A DNA stretch of 64,000 nt from Eledone cirrhosa. Its lineage: Eukaryota. The notes beneath the pieces were generated by a model that ran no database searches, was not told the origin of the DNA, and saw only the letters and a list, made by a program, of their open reading frames with translations. The position numbers and the translations under genes are program-made. This document shows positions 26,501 through 41,500 of this stretch, piece by piece (position 1 is the first letter of the stretch; each line of letters begins with the position of its first letter). The stretch lies in contig OZ024760.1 in the NCBI GenBank assembly GCA_964016885.1, positions 4,526,001 to 4,590,000 of the forward strand. The letters are read 5' to 3'.

Positions 26501-29500
26501 CAACCGCCGTATTTTCGCTGCGAAAATGTCGACGCGCTCACCATTCCACCTGATTCTCGCCAGCTTAGCAAAAGCCGCCAACGGTCCCTCGGCGAATGCA
26601 TCCATCAGACGCCTCTCAATCTTCCGCGCATCTCTTTGGCTGTGCTCGTCCAACTCAAGGAAGAGTACCAACGTGTCGCCCTCGAGGTACAGTGCCATGA
26701 GGCCGGCCACGTCCTCTATCTTCTGCAAGCTTGCGACCAGCCGAACCTTCCGCAGCCAAGCGACATCACCTTCCCCGGTAAATGCCCTGATAGCTTCGTT
26801 CATCCGTAGTCTTGTCGCCATCTTCTGATTTGTCTTGCGGCAAGTGATATTTTTTTTTTTTTTCTTTTTTTCCAGTCGCCGAAATAGCTTGTGGTTAGAA
26901 AAAGCCATCTCACCGCTTTTCACAGGCGCCGCCGCTAAACTCCACTGCAGGGAACTCCTCTTCCACGTGCGTCCAACTGCTTAACACTGGGAGCTGCCCA
27001 AAACTCGCATCCACACCGTTTGCTGGTCACCACTAGAGAGAGGCCCTCTGCTGGCCCTTCCGGTCGAGCATCCTTCCGGCCAAGCACCCTTCCGGTCGAG
27101 CACTCCCCCGCCTCCGGCCACCACATGCCACACCATACCCACAGGGCAGTAAATGCAGAGGACTGGAGAGAAATGAAGCATGCTTCGATGGATGTACTGA
27201 ATATAAGAGGAATCAGCTGCATTAACCCTTTAGCATTTACATTACTCTATATTTACTATTGTATTTTCATGTTAACCCTTTAGCATTTAAACTGGCTATA
27301 TCCGGCCAGAATTCTCTCACCTTTTTCTGTTCAAACTGGCTGTAACCAGCCACTCATACTGATGATAAGGTATTATTCTTAATATAGATAATATCAAAAT
27401 TTCATAGATTCGATATTATGTGAGATAATTATGTAAGATAAAGCCATCACTGCGAAAATATAATAGTAAATATAGAGTAATGTAAATGTTGAAGGGTTAA
27501 AGGCTTTATCTCACATAATATCGAATTTATGAGATTTTGGTATTATTTATTTTGAGAACAATACCAATATGTATAAGTGGCCAGTTTCAAATGGTTTGGA
27601 CAGAAAGAGGTGAGAGAATTTTAGCTGGATATGGCTGGTTTAAATGCTAAAGGGTTAAAGAAGACTATGCTGGTATGGACACATATCACATCACATCACA
27701 TCAACATACTGTCACATACATGTATGCATGCACAAGCACCAACGAACCAATAGATCAGGTGATTTGAAAAGAATAGTGTCTACCTTGATCTGTGGCCATG
27801 CTTGCTTAGTTTCAATTTTTGACTGTTGACCAATTTCGGTTCCAGTTTGTTGACTGTCACAGGTTTACCTGCATTTGGTGTTTGATTAGTTGGCTCAACA
27901 GTTGTCATGGCAACAGGAAGAGACATCAAACCAAATTCAGCAAAACTTTTCCGAAGATCTGAAATAAATTTCACTTTGGTTATCAGCATCATCATCATCA
28001 TTATCATCATGAATGAGAACAAATGGATTTTTTCCTTAATATTATTATTGTTACTTCCAGGGCAGATTGGCAGTATCGGTAGAGTGTCGGACAATATGCT
28101 TTATGGCATTGGGTTACATTCCTTTACGACCTGAGTTCAAATCCCGCCGAGGTTAACTTTGCCTTTCATTCTTACGGGGTCAATAAAATAAAGCAGTGGG
28201 AGTTGATTTAATCGACTTTATCCGAAATTGCTGGCCTTGTGCCTAAAGTAGAAACAATTATTATTATTTCCATTATTAACGGCGGCGGATTGGCAGTATC
28301 TGTAGAGGGTTGGACGCCATGCTTTCCAGCATAGTTACGTCCCTTTATGATCTGAGTTCAAATCCCGCCGAGGTTAACTTTGCCTTTCATCCTTACGGGG
28401 TCGATAAAATAAAGTACCAGTAATGCACTGGGATAATTGCTGGCCTTGTGCCTAAAGTAGAAACAATTATTAACAATAAGGTAGATGAGGAACAATAAGG
28501 TAGATGAAGCAGTCAAGGCCAAGAGACAGGCATGGAAAGAATGGAAGAACGGGGGGAGCAGGGTACATTACATAGAGACCAAGAGGGAAGCTAGGCGACA
28601 AGTATACTTAGCTAGGAGGGAAGCAGAGGATAGAAAATTCAAGCATGTTTTACAACGTGAGGACCAGAAACAGGAGGTATTCAAGATTGCGAGGCAGTGT
28701 GTCAGAGATAGTTGTGATGTCATTGGAGAGAAGTGTATCCGGAATGATAAAGGTGAGCTTGCCCTCACAAGTGCTGAGAAGAAAGATGCATGGAAGAGTC
28801 ATTATGATAGATTACTAAATGAGGAGAATGCATGGGAAGAAGAGACCCTACCCCATGTAGACCCTATAGAGGGACCAGCAGTACAAGTCAGCGGCAGCGT
28901 AGTAAGTAAGGCAATCAGAGATATGAAGATGGGGAAGGCAACCGGTCCATCGGGTATAGCTGCCGAGATGCTGAAGGCATCTGGGTCTGTAGGTCACACT
29001 ATAACCACACGTATCGTTAACCAGGTAATACTAGAAGGGGCCATACCAAAAGATTGGTGCAGTAGCATCATTGTCAACTGCTACAAAGGTAAAGGCGATG
29101 CACTAGATAGAGGAAACTATAGAGGTATAAAGTTGATGGACCAGGTCATGAAAGTAACAGAAAGAGTTATAGCACAGCTGATTAGGGACCGGGTGAATAT
29201 AGACGAGATGCAATTTGGGTTTGTACCAGGGAGAGGCACCACTAATGCCCTCTTCCTTGTGAGGCAATTACAGGAAAAGTACCTAGCTAAAAGTAAGCCA
29301 CTCTACTTGGCATTTGTCGACCTTGAGAAAGCCTTTGACAGAGTTCCACGTGCGGTAATCTGGTGGGCTCTTAGAAAACTAGGAGTAGATGAATGGCTTG
29401 TGAAAGCGGTACAAGCCATGTATAGGGGAGCAGTCAGCAAAGTTAGGATTAGCAATGAGTATAGCGAGGAATTTAGCGTACAGGTTGGGGTCCACCAGGG

Positions 29501-32500
29501 CTCTGTTCTTAGCCCCCTCCTGTTCATCATAGTCCTGCAGGCAATAACGGAGGAGTTTAAGACCGGATGCCCATGGGAACTCCTGTATGCTGATGACCTC
29601 GCACTCATAGCTGAATCTATGGTAGAACTAGAGAATAAATTCCAAACCTGGAAGCAGGGACTAGAGAGAAAGGGCCTCAAAGTCAACATGACAAAGACTA
29701 AGGTCCTTGTAAGTAGACGAGAAAACAGAACCCAGATCCCCTCAGGGAAATGGCCTTGCTCAGTATGTAGGAAAGGTGTAGGTAGGAACTCCATTCTCTG
29801 CCCCAAATGCAAACAATGGGTACACAAGAGATGTAGCGGGATCTCAGGAAGCTTAATTAAGAATGTAGGATTCACATGCAGCAGCTGTGCTGAAACAGCA
29901 AGCAAACAGCCACAGGAAACAAGTACCACCAATCTCTGGGAGGGCCCTGTAGAAACAGTAGGCAGCTTCTGCTACCTAGGTGACCGAATTAGCAACGGAG
30001 GTGGGTGCTCAGAAAGTACAATAACTAGGGTAAGAACGGGATGGAAGAAGTTTAGGGAACTACTACCACTGCTAGCTGCAAAAGGCTTCTCCCTCAGAAT
30101 GAAAGGCAGACTGTATGATACGTGTATCCGAACAGCGATGTTGCATGGTAGTGAGACCTGGGCGCTGAAGGTGGAAGACTTACGTAGATTAGAGAGAAAC
30201 GAAGCCTGCATGCTCCGATGGATGTGTAACAGTAATATACGTGAACGACAAAGCATAAAGGAATTGAGAGAGAGACTGAGCATAAGAGGAATCAAATGCT
30301 GCGTGCAGGAGAGGCGGTTACGCTGGTATGGACATGTGATGCATATGAAGGATGACAGCTGCATAAAAAGGTGCAGAGCACTAGAAGTTGATGGAAACCG
30401 CGGAGTGGGGAGACCCAAGATGACTTGGGATGAGGTGATAAAAGCCGACCTTACCCAACTACACCTCTCAAAGACAATGACACACGACCGTGACTTCTGG
30501 CGTCACGCAGTAATACAGGGTACCCGACCTCCCATGGGTACATGCTGAAGCATATAAACAATATGCCCCCACTCCCCCCACCGCAAGGTGGTCGTGGAGG
30601 TGCCACGGCAAAAAAAGCACCCAGCCCACACTGTAAAGTGGACGTGTAGGCGCCACGAAAAAGCACCCAGCACTCACTGTAAATGAGGTTGGTGTTAGGA
30701 AGGGCATCCAGCTGTAGAAATCAAGCCAGATCAGTTCCTGTATGAGCAAGGCATGGTCAGCCGACCAGACACTGCCCACAACAGGACAACCCGTCTAACC
30801 CATGCTAGCGTGGAAGAACGGACGTAAAACGGTGATGATGATGATGATGATGATGATTGCACATCATTACTGTTTTTCTGAGCACAGCTCTATGTGCCTT
30901 GGGTATGAGCAGTTTAGTTTTTGCTGATGTTGTTTCTATTGTATTGAATGTACTTGTAGTAATATGTGTGCAGTGCCTAGTAGTGCTATTTTTGTATGCT
31001 GTATATATTTGTAAGTCCTGGGGTTTTGGCTATGTATTAATCTGTGTGTGTTTATCAATCCTAGAGCACCTATTATTATAGGTATTGTTTCTGTTTTCAT
31101 TTTCAACATTCGAGGCTGTTTTTATATCTTGTGGCCATGATAAAAGAGGTATGGTGAACACACTTGAAAGGTTTGAAGACGAGCACTTTCCTCTTTGAAG
31201 AATCCCTGATTAACTTCTTCAGATTCCACTTGAGGAGGAAAATAAGGGTAGAGAGAGAAGTGATACCTTCAAAGCAATTTGTTGAAAGGTGGGTGAGAGA
31301 AGCGAGCATGGTCCGAGTGAATGGGCCCACTCTGAGTGTAAGCCTGTAGATTGGAGGACTAGAACTGGGACAGGGCACTTGCCCTAAAGATCAGAGCATC
31401 TGTGGTTTTATGGGGTTTTTTCCATGAATGATCCTCAAAGTCTCCTCCCTATTGAGGAATCTTCTCTGTTATTTTTTTTTTAAACATTGTTGAAATTTAT
31501 TTACATGCAAAACTCACACACCAACACATACACACTCTATGTTTTCATCCTGTACTGTCATAAGGTTTTTCTTGATGTAAACCCTTTGTGGTTAATAAAG
31601 AAATCATTATTATTATTATTATTATTATTATTGGCAGATGTAAATAATTTTAGGGCAATGGATTGGCAGTATCGGTAGAGCGTCAGACACCATGTTTTGC
31701 AGTATAGAGTTACGGCCCTTTACATTTTCAGTTCAAATCCCGCCGAGGTTAGATTTGACTTTCGTCCTTATGTGGTCGATAAAATAAAGCACCAGTAATG
31801 CACCGGGGTCGATTTAATCAACTTTCCCCCTCCCCTCAAATTGCTGGCCTTGTGTCTAAAGTAGAGTAAGAAATTATAGCCAAATATCTGATAATACTTC
31901 ATATAAACTACATGGAAAATAGCTTACTTTGTTCTTCTTCTTGTAATTGTTGACTTCTGTGGAGGAGCTCCTTTAAAGCAGCATCAGATTCTTCTTTGAA
32001 GGTGCCTTCATTTCGAGAAACAACCAGTCTCTCAACCCCTGCCCTTTCGCCAAACTGGAAATGGTCCTTGACAGAACAAACAAAAAAAATTTTTAATTTT
32101 AAAATTTAAACCAGTTGATCAAGTAACAGTATAATGGTGATAGTGATAGTGGTGATTGTGATGGTGATGATGGTGATAGTGGTGATTGTGATGGTGGTGA
32201 TGGACATAGTGATAGTGGTGATTGTGATGGTGATGATGGTGATAGTGGTGATTGTGATGGTGGTGATGGACATAGTGATAGTGGTGATTGTGATGGTGAT
32301 GATGGAGTTAGTGATAGTGGTGATTGTGATGGTGGTGATGGACATAGTGATAGTGGTGATTGTGATGGTGATGATGGTGATAGTGGTGATTGTGATGGTG
32401 ATGATGGAGATAGTGATAGTGGTGATTGTGATGGTGATGATGGAGTTAGTGATAGTGGTGATTGTGATGGTGATGATGGAGTTAGTGATAGTGGTGATTG

Positions 32501-35500
32501 TGATGGTGATGATGGAGTTAGTGATAGTGGTGATTGTGATGGTGGTGATGGACATAGTGATAGTGGTGATTGTGATGGTGATGATGGTGATTGTGATGGT
32601 GATGATGGAGATAGTGATAGTGGTGATTGTGATGGTGATGATGGACATAGTGATAGTGGTGATTGTGATGATGATGATGGACATAGTGATAGTGGTGATT
32701 GTGATGATGATGATGGAGTTAGTGATAGTGGTGATTGTGATGGTGATGATGGAGATAGTGATAGTGGTGATTGTGATGATGATGATGGACATAGTGATAG
32801 TGGTGATTGTGATGATGATGATGGAGATAGTGATAGTGGTGATTGTGATGGTGATGATGGAGTTAGTGATAGTGGTGATTGTGATGGTGATGATGGACAT
32901 AGTGATAGTGGTGATTGTGATGATGATGATGGACATAGTGATAGTGGTGATTGTGATGATGATGATGGACATAGTGATAGTGGTGATTGTGATGATGATG
33001 ATGGACATAGTGATAGTGGTGATTGTGATGATGATGATGGAGATAGTGATAGTGGTGATTGTGATGATGATGATGGACATAGTGATAGTGGTGATTGTGA
33101 TGATGATGATGGACATAGTGATAGTGGTGATTGTGATGATGATGATGGACATAGTGATAGTGGTGATTGTGATGATGATGATGGACATAGTGATAGTGGT
33201 GATTGTGATGGTGATGATGGACATAGTGATAGTGGTGATTGTGATGGTGATGATGGAGTTAGTGATAGTGGTGATTGTGATGGTGATGATGGAGTTAGTG
33301 ATAGTGGTGATTGTGATGGTGATGATGGACATAGTGATAGTGGTGATTGTGATGATGATGATGGAGATAGTGATAGTGGTGATTGTGATGGTGATGATGG
33401 ACATAGTGATAGTGGTGATTGTGATGATGATGATGGACATAGTGATAGTGGTGATTGTGATGGTGATGATGGACATAGTGATAGTGGTGATTGTGATGGT
33501 GATGATGGAGTTAGTGATAGTGGTGATTGTGATGGTGATGATGGACATAGTGATAGTGGTGATTGTGATGATGATGATGGACATAGTGATAGTGGTGATT
33601 GTGATGGTGATGATGGACATAGTGATAGTGGTGATTGTGATGGTGATGATGGAGTTAGTGATAGTGGTGATTGTGATGGTGATGATGGACATAGTGATAG
33701 TGGTGATTGTGATGATGATGATGGACATAGTGATAGTGGTGATTGTGATGATGATGATGGAGTTAGTGATAGTGGTGATTGTGATGATGATGATGGACAT
33801 AGTGATAGTGGTGATTGTGATGGTGATGATGGACATAGTGATAGTGGTGATTGTGATGGTGATGATGGAGTTAGTGATAGTGGTGATTGTGATGGTGATG
33901 ATGGACATAGTGATAGTGGTGATTGTGATGATGATGATGGACATAGTGATAGTGGTGATTGTGATGATGATGATGGAGTTAGTGATAGTGGTGATTGTGA
34001 TGATGATGATGGACATAGTGATAGTGGTGATTGTGATGGTGATGATGGACATAGTGATAGTGGTGATTGTGATGGTGATGATGGACATAGTGATAGTGGT
34101 GATTGTGATGATGATGATGGAGTTAGTGATAGTGGTGATTGTGATGATGATGATGGAGTTAGTGATAGTGGTGATTGTGATGGTGATGATGGAGATAGTG
34201 ATAGTGGTGATTGTGATGATGATGATGGACATAGTGATAGTGGTGATTGTGATGGTGATGATGGACATAGTGATAGTGGTGATTGTGATGGTGATGATGG
34301 AGTTAGTGATAGTGGTGATTGTGATGGTGATGATGGAGATAGTGATAGTGGTGATTGTGATGATGATGATGGAGTTAGTGATAGTGGTGATTGTGATGGT
34401 GATGATGGAGTTAGTGATAGTGGTGATTGTGATGATGATGGACATAGTGATAGTGGTGATTGTGATGATGATGATGGAGTTAGTGATAGTGGTGATTGTG
34501 ATGATGATGATGGACATAGTGATAGTGGTGATTGTGATGGTGATGATGGACATAGTGATAGTGGTGATTGTGATGGTGATGATGGAGTTAGTGATAGTGG
34601 TGATTGTGATGGTGATGATGGACATAGTGATAGTGGTGATTGTGATGATGATGATGGACATAGTGATAGTGGTGATTGTGATGATGATGATGGAGTTAGT
34701 GATAGTGGTGATTGTGATGATGATGATGGACATAGTGATAGTGGTGATTGTGATGGTGATGATGGACATAGTGATAGTGGTGATTGTGATGGTGATGATG
34801 GACATAGTGATAGTGGTGATTGTGATGGTGATGATGGAGTTAGTGATAGTGGTGATTGTGATGGTGATGATGGAGTTAGTGATAGTGGTGATTGTGATGA
34901 TGATGATGGAGTTAGTGATAGTGGTGATTGTGATGATGATGATGGAGTTAGTGATAGTGGTGATTGTGATGGTGATGATGGAGATAGTGATAGTGGTGAT
35001 TGTGATGATGATGATGGACATAGTGATAGTGGTGATTGTGATGGTGATGATGGACATAGTGATAGTGGTGATTGTGATGATGATGATGGAGTTAGTGATA
35101 GTGGTGATTGTGATGATGATGATGGACATAGTGATAGTGGTGATTGTGATGATGATGATGGAGATAGTGATAGTGGTGATTGTGATGATGATGATGGACA
35201 TAGTGATAGTGGTGATTGTGATGGTGATGATGGACATAGTGATAGTGGTGATTGTGATGATGATGATGGACATAGTGATAGTGGTGATTGTGATGATGAT
35301 GATGGACATAGTGATAGTGGTGATTGTGATGGTGATGATGGAGTTAGTGATAGTGGTGATTGTGATGGTGATGATGGACATAGTGATAGTGGTGATTGTG
35401 ATGATGATGATGGAGTTAGTGATAGTGGTGATTGTGATGATGATGATGGAGATAGTGATAGTGGTGATTGTGATGGTGATGATGGAGATAGTGATAGTGG

Positions 35501-38500
35501 TGATTGTGATGATGATGATGGACATAGTGATAGTGGTGATTGTGATGATGATGATGGAGTTAGTGATAGTGGTGATTGTGATGATGATGATGGAGATAGT
35601 GATAGTGGTGATTGTGATGGTGATGATGGAGATAGTGATAGTGGTGATTGTGATGATGATGATGGACATAGTGATAGTGGTGATTGTGATGATGATGATG
35701 GAGATAGTGATAGTGGTGATTGTGATGGTGATGATGGACATAGTGATAGTGGTGATTGTGATGGTGATGATGGAGTTAGTGATAGTGGTGATTGTGATGG
35801 TGATGATGGAGATAGTGATAGTGGTGATTGTGATGGTGATGATGGAGTTAGTGATAGTGGTGATTGTGATGATGATGATGGACATAGTGATAGTGGTGAT
35901 TGTGATGGTGATGATGGAGTTAGTGATAGTGGTGATTGTGATGGTGATGATGGAGTTAGTGATAGTGGTGATTGTGATGATGATGATGGACATAGTGATA
36001 GTGGTGATTGTGATGATGATGATGGACATAGTGATAGTGGTGATTGTGATGATGATGATGGAGTTAGTGATAGTGGTGATTGTGATGGTGATGATGGAGT
36101 TAGTGATAGTGGTGATTGTGATGATGATGATGGACATAGTGATAGTGGTGATTGTGATGATGATGATGGACATAGTGATAGTGGTGATTGTGATGGTGAT
36201 GATGGAGTTAGTGATAGTGGTGATTGTGATGATGATGATGGAGATAGTGATAGTGGTGATTGTGATGGTGATGATGGAGTTAGTGATAGTGGTGATTGTG
36301 ATGATGATGATGGAGTTAGTGATAGTGGTGATTGTGATGATGATGATGGACATAGTGATAGTGGTGATTGTGATGGTGATGATGGAGATAGTGATAGTGG
36401 TGATTGTGATGATGATGATGGAGTTAGTGATAGTGGTGATTGTGATGATGATGATGGACATAGTGATAGTGGTGATTGTGATGGTGATGATGGACATAGT
36501 GATAGTGGTGATTGTGATGAGGATGATGGACATAGTGATAGTGGTGATTGTGATGGTGATGATGGACATAGTGATAGTGGTGATTGTGATGAGGATGATG
36601 GACATAGTGATAGTGGTGATTGTGATGGTGATGATGGACATAGTGATAGTGGTGATTGTGATGAGGATGATGGACATAGTGATAGTGGTGATTGTGATGG
36701 TGATGATGGAGATAGTGATAGTGGTGATTGTGATGGTGATGATGGAGATAGTGATAGTGGTGATTGTGATGATGATGATGGACATAGTGATAGTGGTGAT
36801 TGTGATGGTGATGATGGACATAGTGATAGTGGTGATTGTGATGAGGATGATGGACATAGTGATAGTGGTGATTGTGATGGTGATGATGGAGATAGTGATA
36901 GTGGTGATTGTGATGGTGATGATGGAGTTAGTGATAGTGGTGATTGTGATGATGATGATTGACATAGTGATAGTGGTGATTGTGATGATGATGATGGACA
37001 TAGTGATAGTGGTGATTGTGATGATGATGATGGACATAGTGATAGTGGTGATTGTGATGGTGATGATGGAGATAGTGATAGTGGTGATTGTGATGATGAT
37101 GATGGAGATAGTGATAGTGGTGATTGTGATGATGATGATGGACATAGTGATAGTGGTGATTGTGATGGTGATGATGGAGTTAGTGATAGTGGTGATTGTG
37201 ATGGTGATGATGGAGATAGTGATAGTGGTGATTGTGATGGTGATGATGGACATAGTGATAGTGGTGATTGTGATGGTGATGATGGACATAGTGATAGTGG
37301 TGATTGTGATGATGATGATGGACATAGTGATAGTGGTGATTGTGATGATGATGATGGACATAGTGATAGTGGTGATTGTGATGATGATGATGGAGATAGT
37401 GATAGTGGTGATTGTGATGGTGATGATGGAGTTAGTGATAGTGGTGATTGTGATGGTGATGATGGAGATAGTGATAGTGGTGATTGTGATGGTGATGATG
37501 GACATAGTGATAGTGGTGATTGTGATGGTGATGATGGAGATAGTGATAGTGGTGATTGTGATGGTGATGATGGAGATAGTGATAGTGGTGATTGTGATGG
37601 TGATGATGGACATAGTGATAGTGGTGATTGTGATGAGGATGATGGACATAGTGATAGTGGTGATTGTGATGGTGATGATGGGAGATAGTGATAGTGGTGA
37701 TTGTGATGGTGATGATGGACATAGTGATAGTGGTGATTGTGATGATGATGATGGACATAGTGATAGTGGTGATTGTGATGGTGATGATGGAGTTAGTGAT
37801 AGTGGTGATTGTGATGGTGATGATGGAGATAGTGATAGTGGTGATTGTGATGGTGATGATGGACATAGTGATAGTGGTGATTGTGATGGTGATGATGGAG
37901 ATAGTGATAGTGGTGATTGTGATGGTGATGATGGAGATAGTGATAGTGGTGATTGTGATGGTGATGATGGACATAGTGATAGTGGTGATTGTGATGAGGA
38001 TGATGGACATAGTGATAGTGGTGATTGTGATGGTGATGATGGAGATAGTGATAGTGGTGATTGTGATGGTGATGATGGACATAGTGATAGTGGTGATTGT
38101 GATGAGGATGATGGACATAGTGATAGTGGTGATTGTGATGGTGATGATGGAGATAGTGATAGTGGTGATTGTGATGGTGATGATGGAGTTAGTGATAGTG
38201 GTGATTGTGATGATGATGATGGACATAGTGATAGTGGTGATTGTGATGATGATGATGGACATAGTGATAGTGGTGATTGTGATGAGGATGATGGACATAG
38301 TGATAGTGGTGATTGTGATGAGGATGATGGACATAGTGATAGTGGTGATTGTGATGGTGATGATGGAGATAGTGATAGTGGTGATTGTGATGGTGATGAT
38401 GGAGTTAGTGATAGTGGTGATTGTGATGATGATGATGGAGTTAGTGATAGTGGTGATTGTGATGGTGATGATGGACATAGTGATAGTGGTGATTGTGATG

Positions 38501-41500
38501 AGGATGATGGACATAGTGATAGTGGTGATTGTGATGGTGATGATGGAGATAGTGATAGTGGTGATTGTGATGGTGATGATGGAGTTAGTGATAGTGGTGA
38601 TTGTGATGGTGATGATGGACATAGTGATAGTGGTGATTGTGATGATGATGATGGAGATAGTGATAGTGGTGATTGTGATGGTGATGATGGACATAGTGAT
38701 AGTGGTGATTGTGATGATGATGATGGACATAGTGATAGTGGTGATTGTGATGATGATGATGGAGTTAGTGATAGTGGTGATTGTGATGGTGATGATGGAG
38801 TTAGTGATAGTGGTGATTGTGATGGTGGTGATGGACATAGTGATAGTGGTGATTGTGATGGTGATGATGGACATAGTGATAGTGGTGATTGTGATGGTGA
38901 TGATGGAGATAGTGATAGTGGTGATTGTGATGGTGATGATGGACATAGTGATAGTGGTGATTGTGATGATGATGATGGACATAGTGATAGTGGTGATTGT
39001 GATGATGATGATGGAGTTAGTGATAGTGGTGATTGTGATGGTGATGATGGAGATAGTGATAGTGGTGATTGTGATGATGATGATGGACATAGTGATAGTG
39101 GTGATTGTGATGATGATGATGGAGATAGTGATAGTGGTGATTGTGATGGTGATGATGGAGTTAGTGATAGTGGTGATTGTGATGGTGATGATGGAGTTAG
39201 TGATAGTGGTGATTGTGATGATGATGATGGACATAGTGATAGTGGTGATTGTGATGATGATGATGGACATAGTGATAGTGGTGATTGTGATGATGATGAT
39301 GGACATAGTGATAGTGGTGATTGTGATGATGATGATGGACATAGTGATAGTGGTGATTGTGATGGTGATGATGGACATAGTGATAGTGGTGATTGTGATG
39401 ATGATGATGGACATAGTGATAGTGGTGATTGTGATGATGATGATGGACATTAGTGATAGTGGTGATTGTGATGGTGATGATGGACATAGTGATAGTGGTG
39501 ATTGTGATGATGATGATGGACATAGTGATAGTGGTGATTGTGATGATGATGATGGACATAGTGATAGTGGTGATTGTGATGATGATGATGGACATAGTGA
39601 TAGTGGTGATTGTGATGATGATGATGGAGTTAGTGATAGTGGTGATTGTGATGGTGATGATGGACATAGTGATAGTGGTGATTGTGATGATGATGATGGA
39701 GATAGTGATAGTGGTGATTGTGATGATGATGATGGACATAGTGATAGTGGTGATTGTGATGGTGATGATGGAGATAGTGATAGTGGTGATTGTGATGATG
39801 ATGATGGAGTTAGTGATAGTGGTGATTGTGATGGTGATGATGGACATAGTGATAGTGGTGATTGTGATGATGATGATGGACATAGTGATAGTGGTGATTG
39901 TGATGATGATGATGGACATAGTGATAGTGGTGATTGTGATGATGATGATGGACATAGTGATAGTGGTGATTGTGATGGTGATGATGGAGTTAGTGATAGT
40001 GGTGATTGTGATGATGATGATGGAGTTAGTGATAGTGGTGATTGTGATGGTGATGATGGAGACATAGTGATAGTGGTGATTGTGATGGTGATGATGGACA
40101 TAGTGATAGTGGTGATTGTGATGATGATGATGGAGATAGTGATAGTGGTGATTGTGATGGTGATGATGGACATAGTGATAGTGGTGATTGTGATGATGAT
40201 GATGGACATAGTGATAGTGGTGATTGTGATGATGATGATGGAGATAGTGATAGTGGTGATTGTGATGATGATGATGGAGTTAGTGATAGTGGTGATTGTG
40301 ATGGTGATGATGGACATAGTGATAGTGGTGATTGTGATGATGATGATGGACATAGTGATAGTGGTGATTGTGATGATGATGATGGAGATAGTGATAGTGG
40401 TGATTGTGATGATGATGATGGACATAGTGATAGTGGTGATTGTGATGGTGATGATGGACATAGTGATAGTGGTGATTGTGATGGTGATGATGGAGTTAGT
40501 GATAGTGGTGATTGTGATGGTGATGATGGACATAGTGATAGTGGTGATTGTGATGGTGATGATGGACATAGTGATAGTGGTGATTGTGATGGTGATGATG
40601 GAGTTAGTGATAGTGGTGATTGTGATGGTGATGATGGAGATAGTGATAGTGGTGATTGTGATGATGATGATGGACATAGTGATAGTGGTGATTGTGATGG
40701 TGATGATGGAGTTAGTGATAGTGGTGATTGTGATGATGATGATGGACATAGTGATAGTGGTGATTGTGATGGTGATGATGGAGTTAGTGATAGTGGTGAT
40801 TGTGATGATGATGATGGACATAGTGATAGTGGTGATTGTGATGGTGATGATGGACATAGTGATAGTGGTGATTGTGATGGTGATGATGGAGTTAGTGATA
40901 GTGGTGATTGTGATGGTGATGATGGAGATAGTGATAGTGGTGATTGTGATGGTGATGATGGAGTTAGTGATAGTGGTGATTGTGATGATGATGATGGAGT
41001 TAGTGATAGTGGTGATTGTGATGATGATGATGGAGTTAGTGATAGTGGTGATTGTGATGGTGATGATGGAGATAGTGATAGTGGTGATTGTGATGGTGAT
41101 GATGGAGATAGTGATAGTGGTGATTGTGATGGTGATGATGGACATAGTGATAGTGGTGATTGTGATGGTGATGATGGAGTTAGTGATAGTGGTGATTGTG
41201 ATGGTGATGATGGAGTTAGTGATAGTGGTGATTGTGATGGTGATGATGGAGTTAGTGATAGTGGTGATTGTGATGATGATGATGGAGTTAGTGATAGTGG
41301 TGATTGTGATGATGATGATGGAGTTAGTGATAGTGGTGATTGTGATGGTGATGATGGAGTTAGTGATAGTGGTGATTGTGATGGTGATGATGGAGATAGT
41401 GATAGTGGTGATTGTGATGATGATGATGGAGTTAGTGATAGTGGTGATTGTGATGGTGATGATGGAGTTAGTGATAGTGGTGATTGTGATGGTGATGATG

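Noticed and set aside
23797-27143. GC-rich island as horizontal transfer or contamination
   Set aside because: Explained by a Gypsy LTR retrotransposon.
28060-28160. tRNA genes
   Set aside because: The A/B boxes belong to SINE heads; no cloverleaf is supportable.
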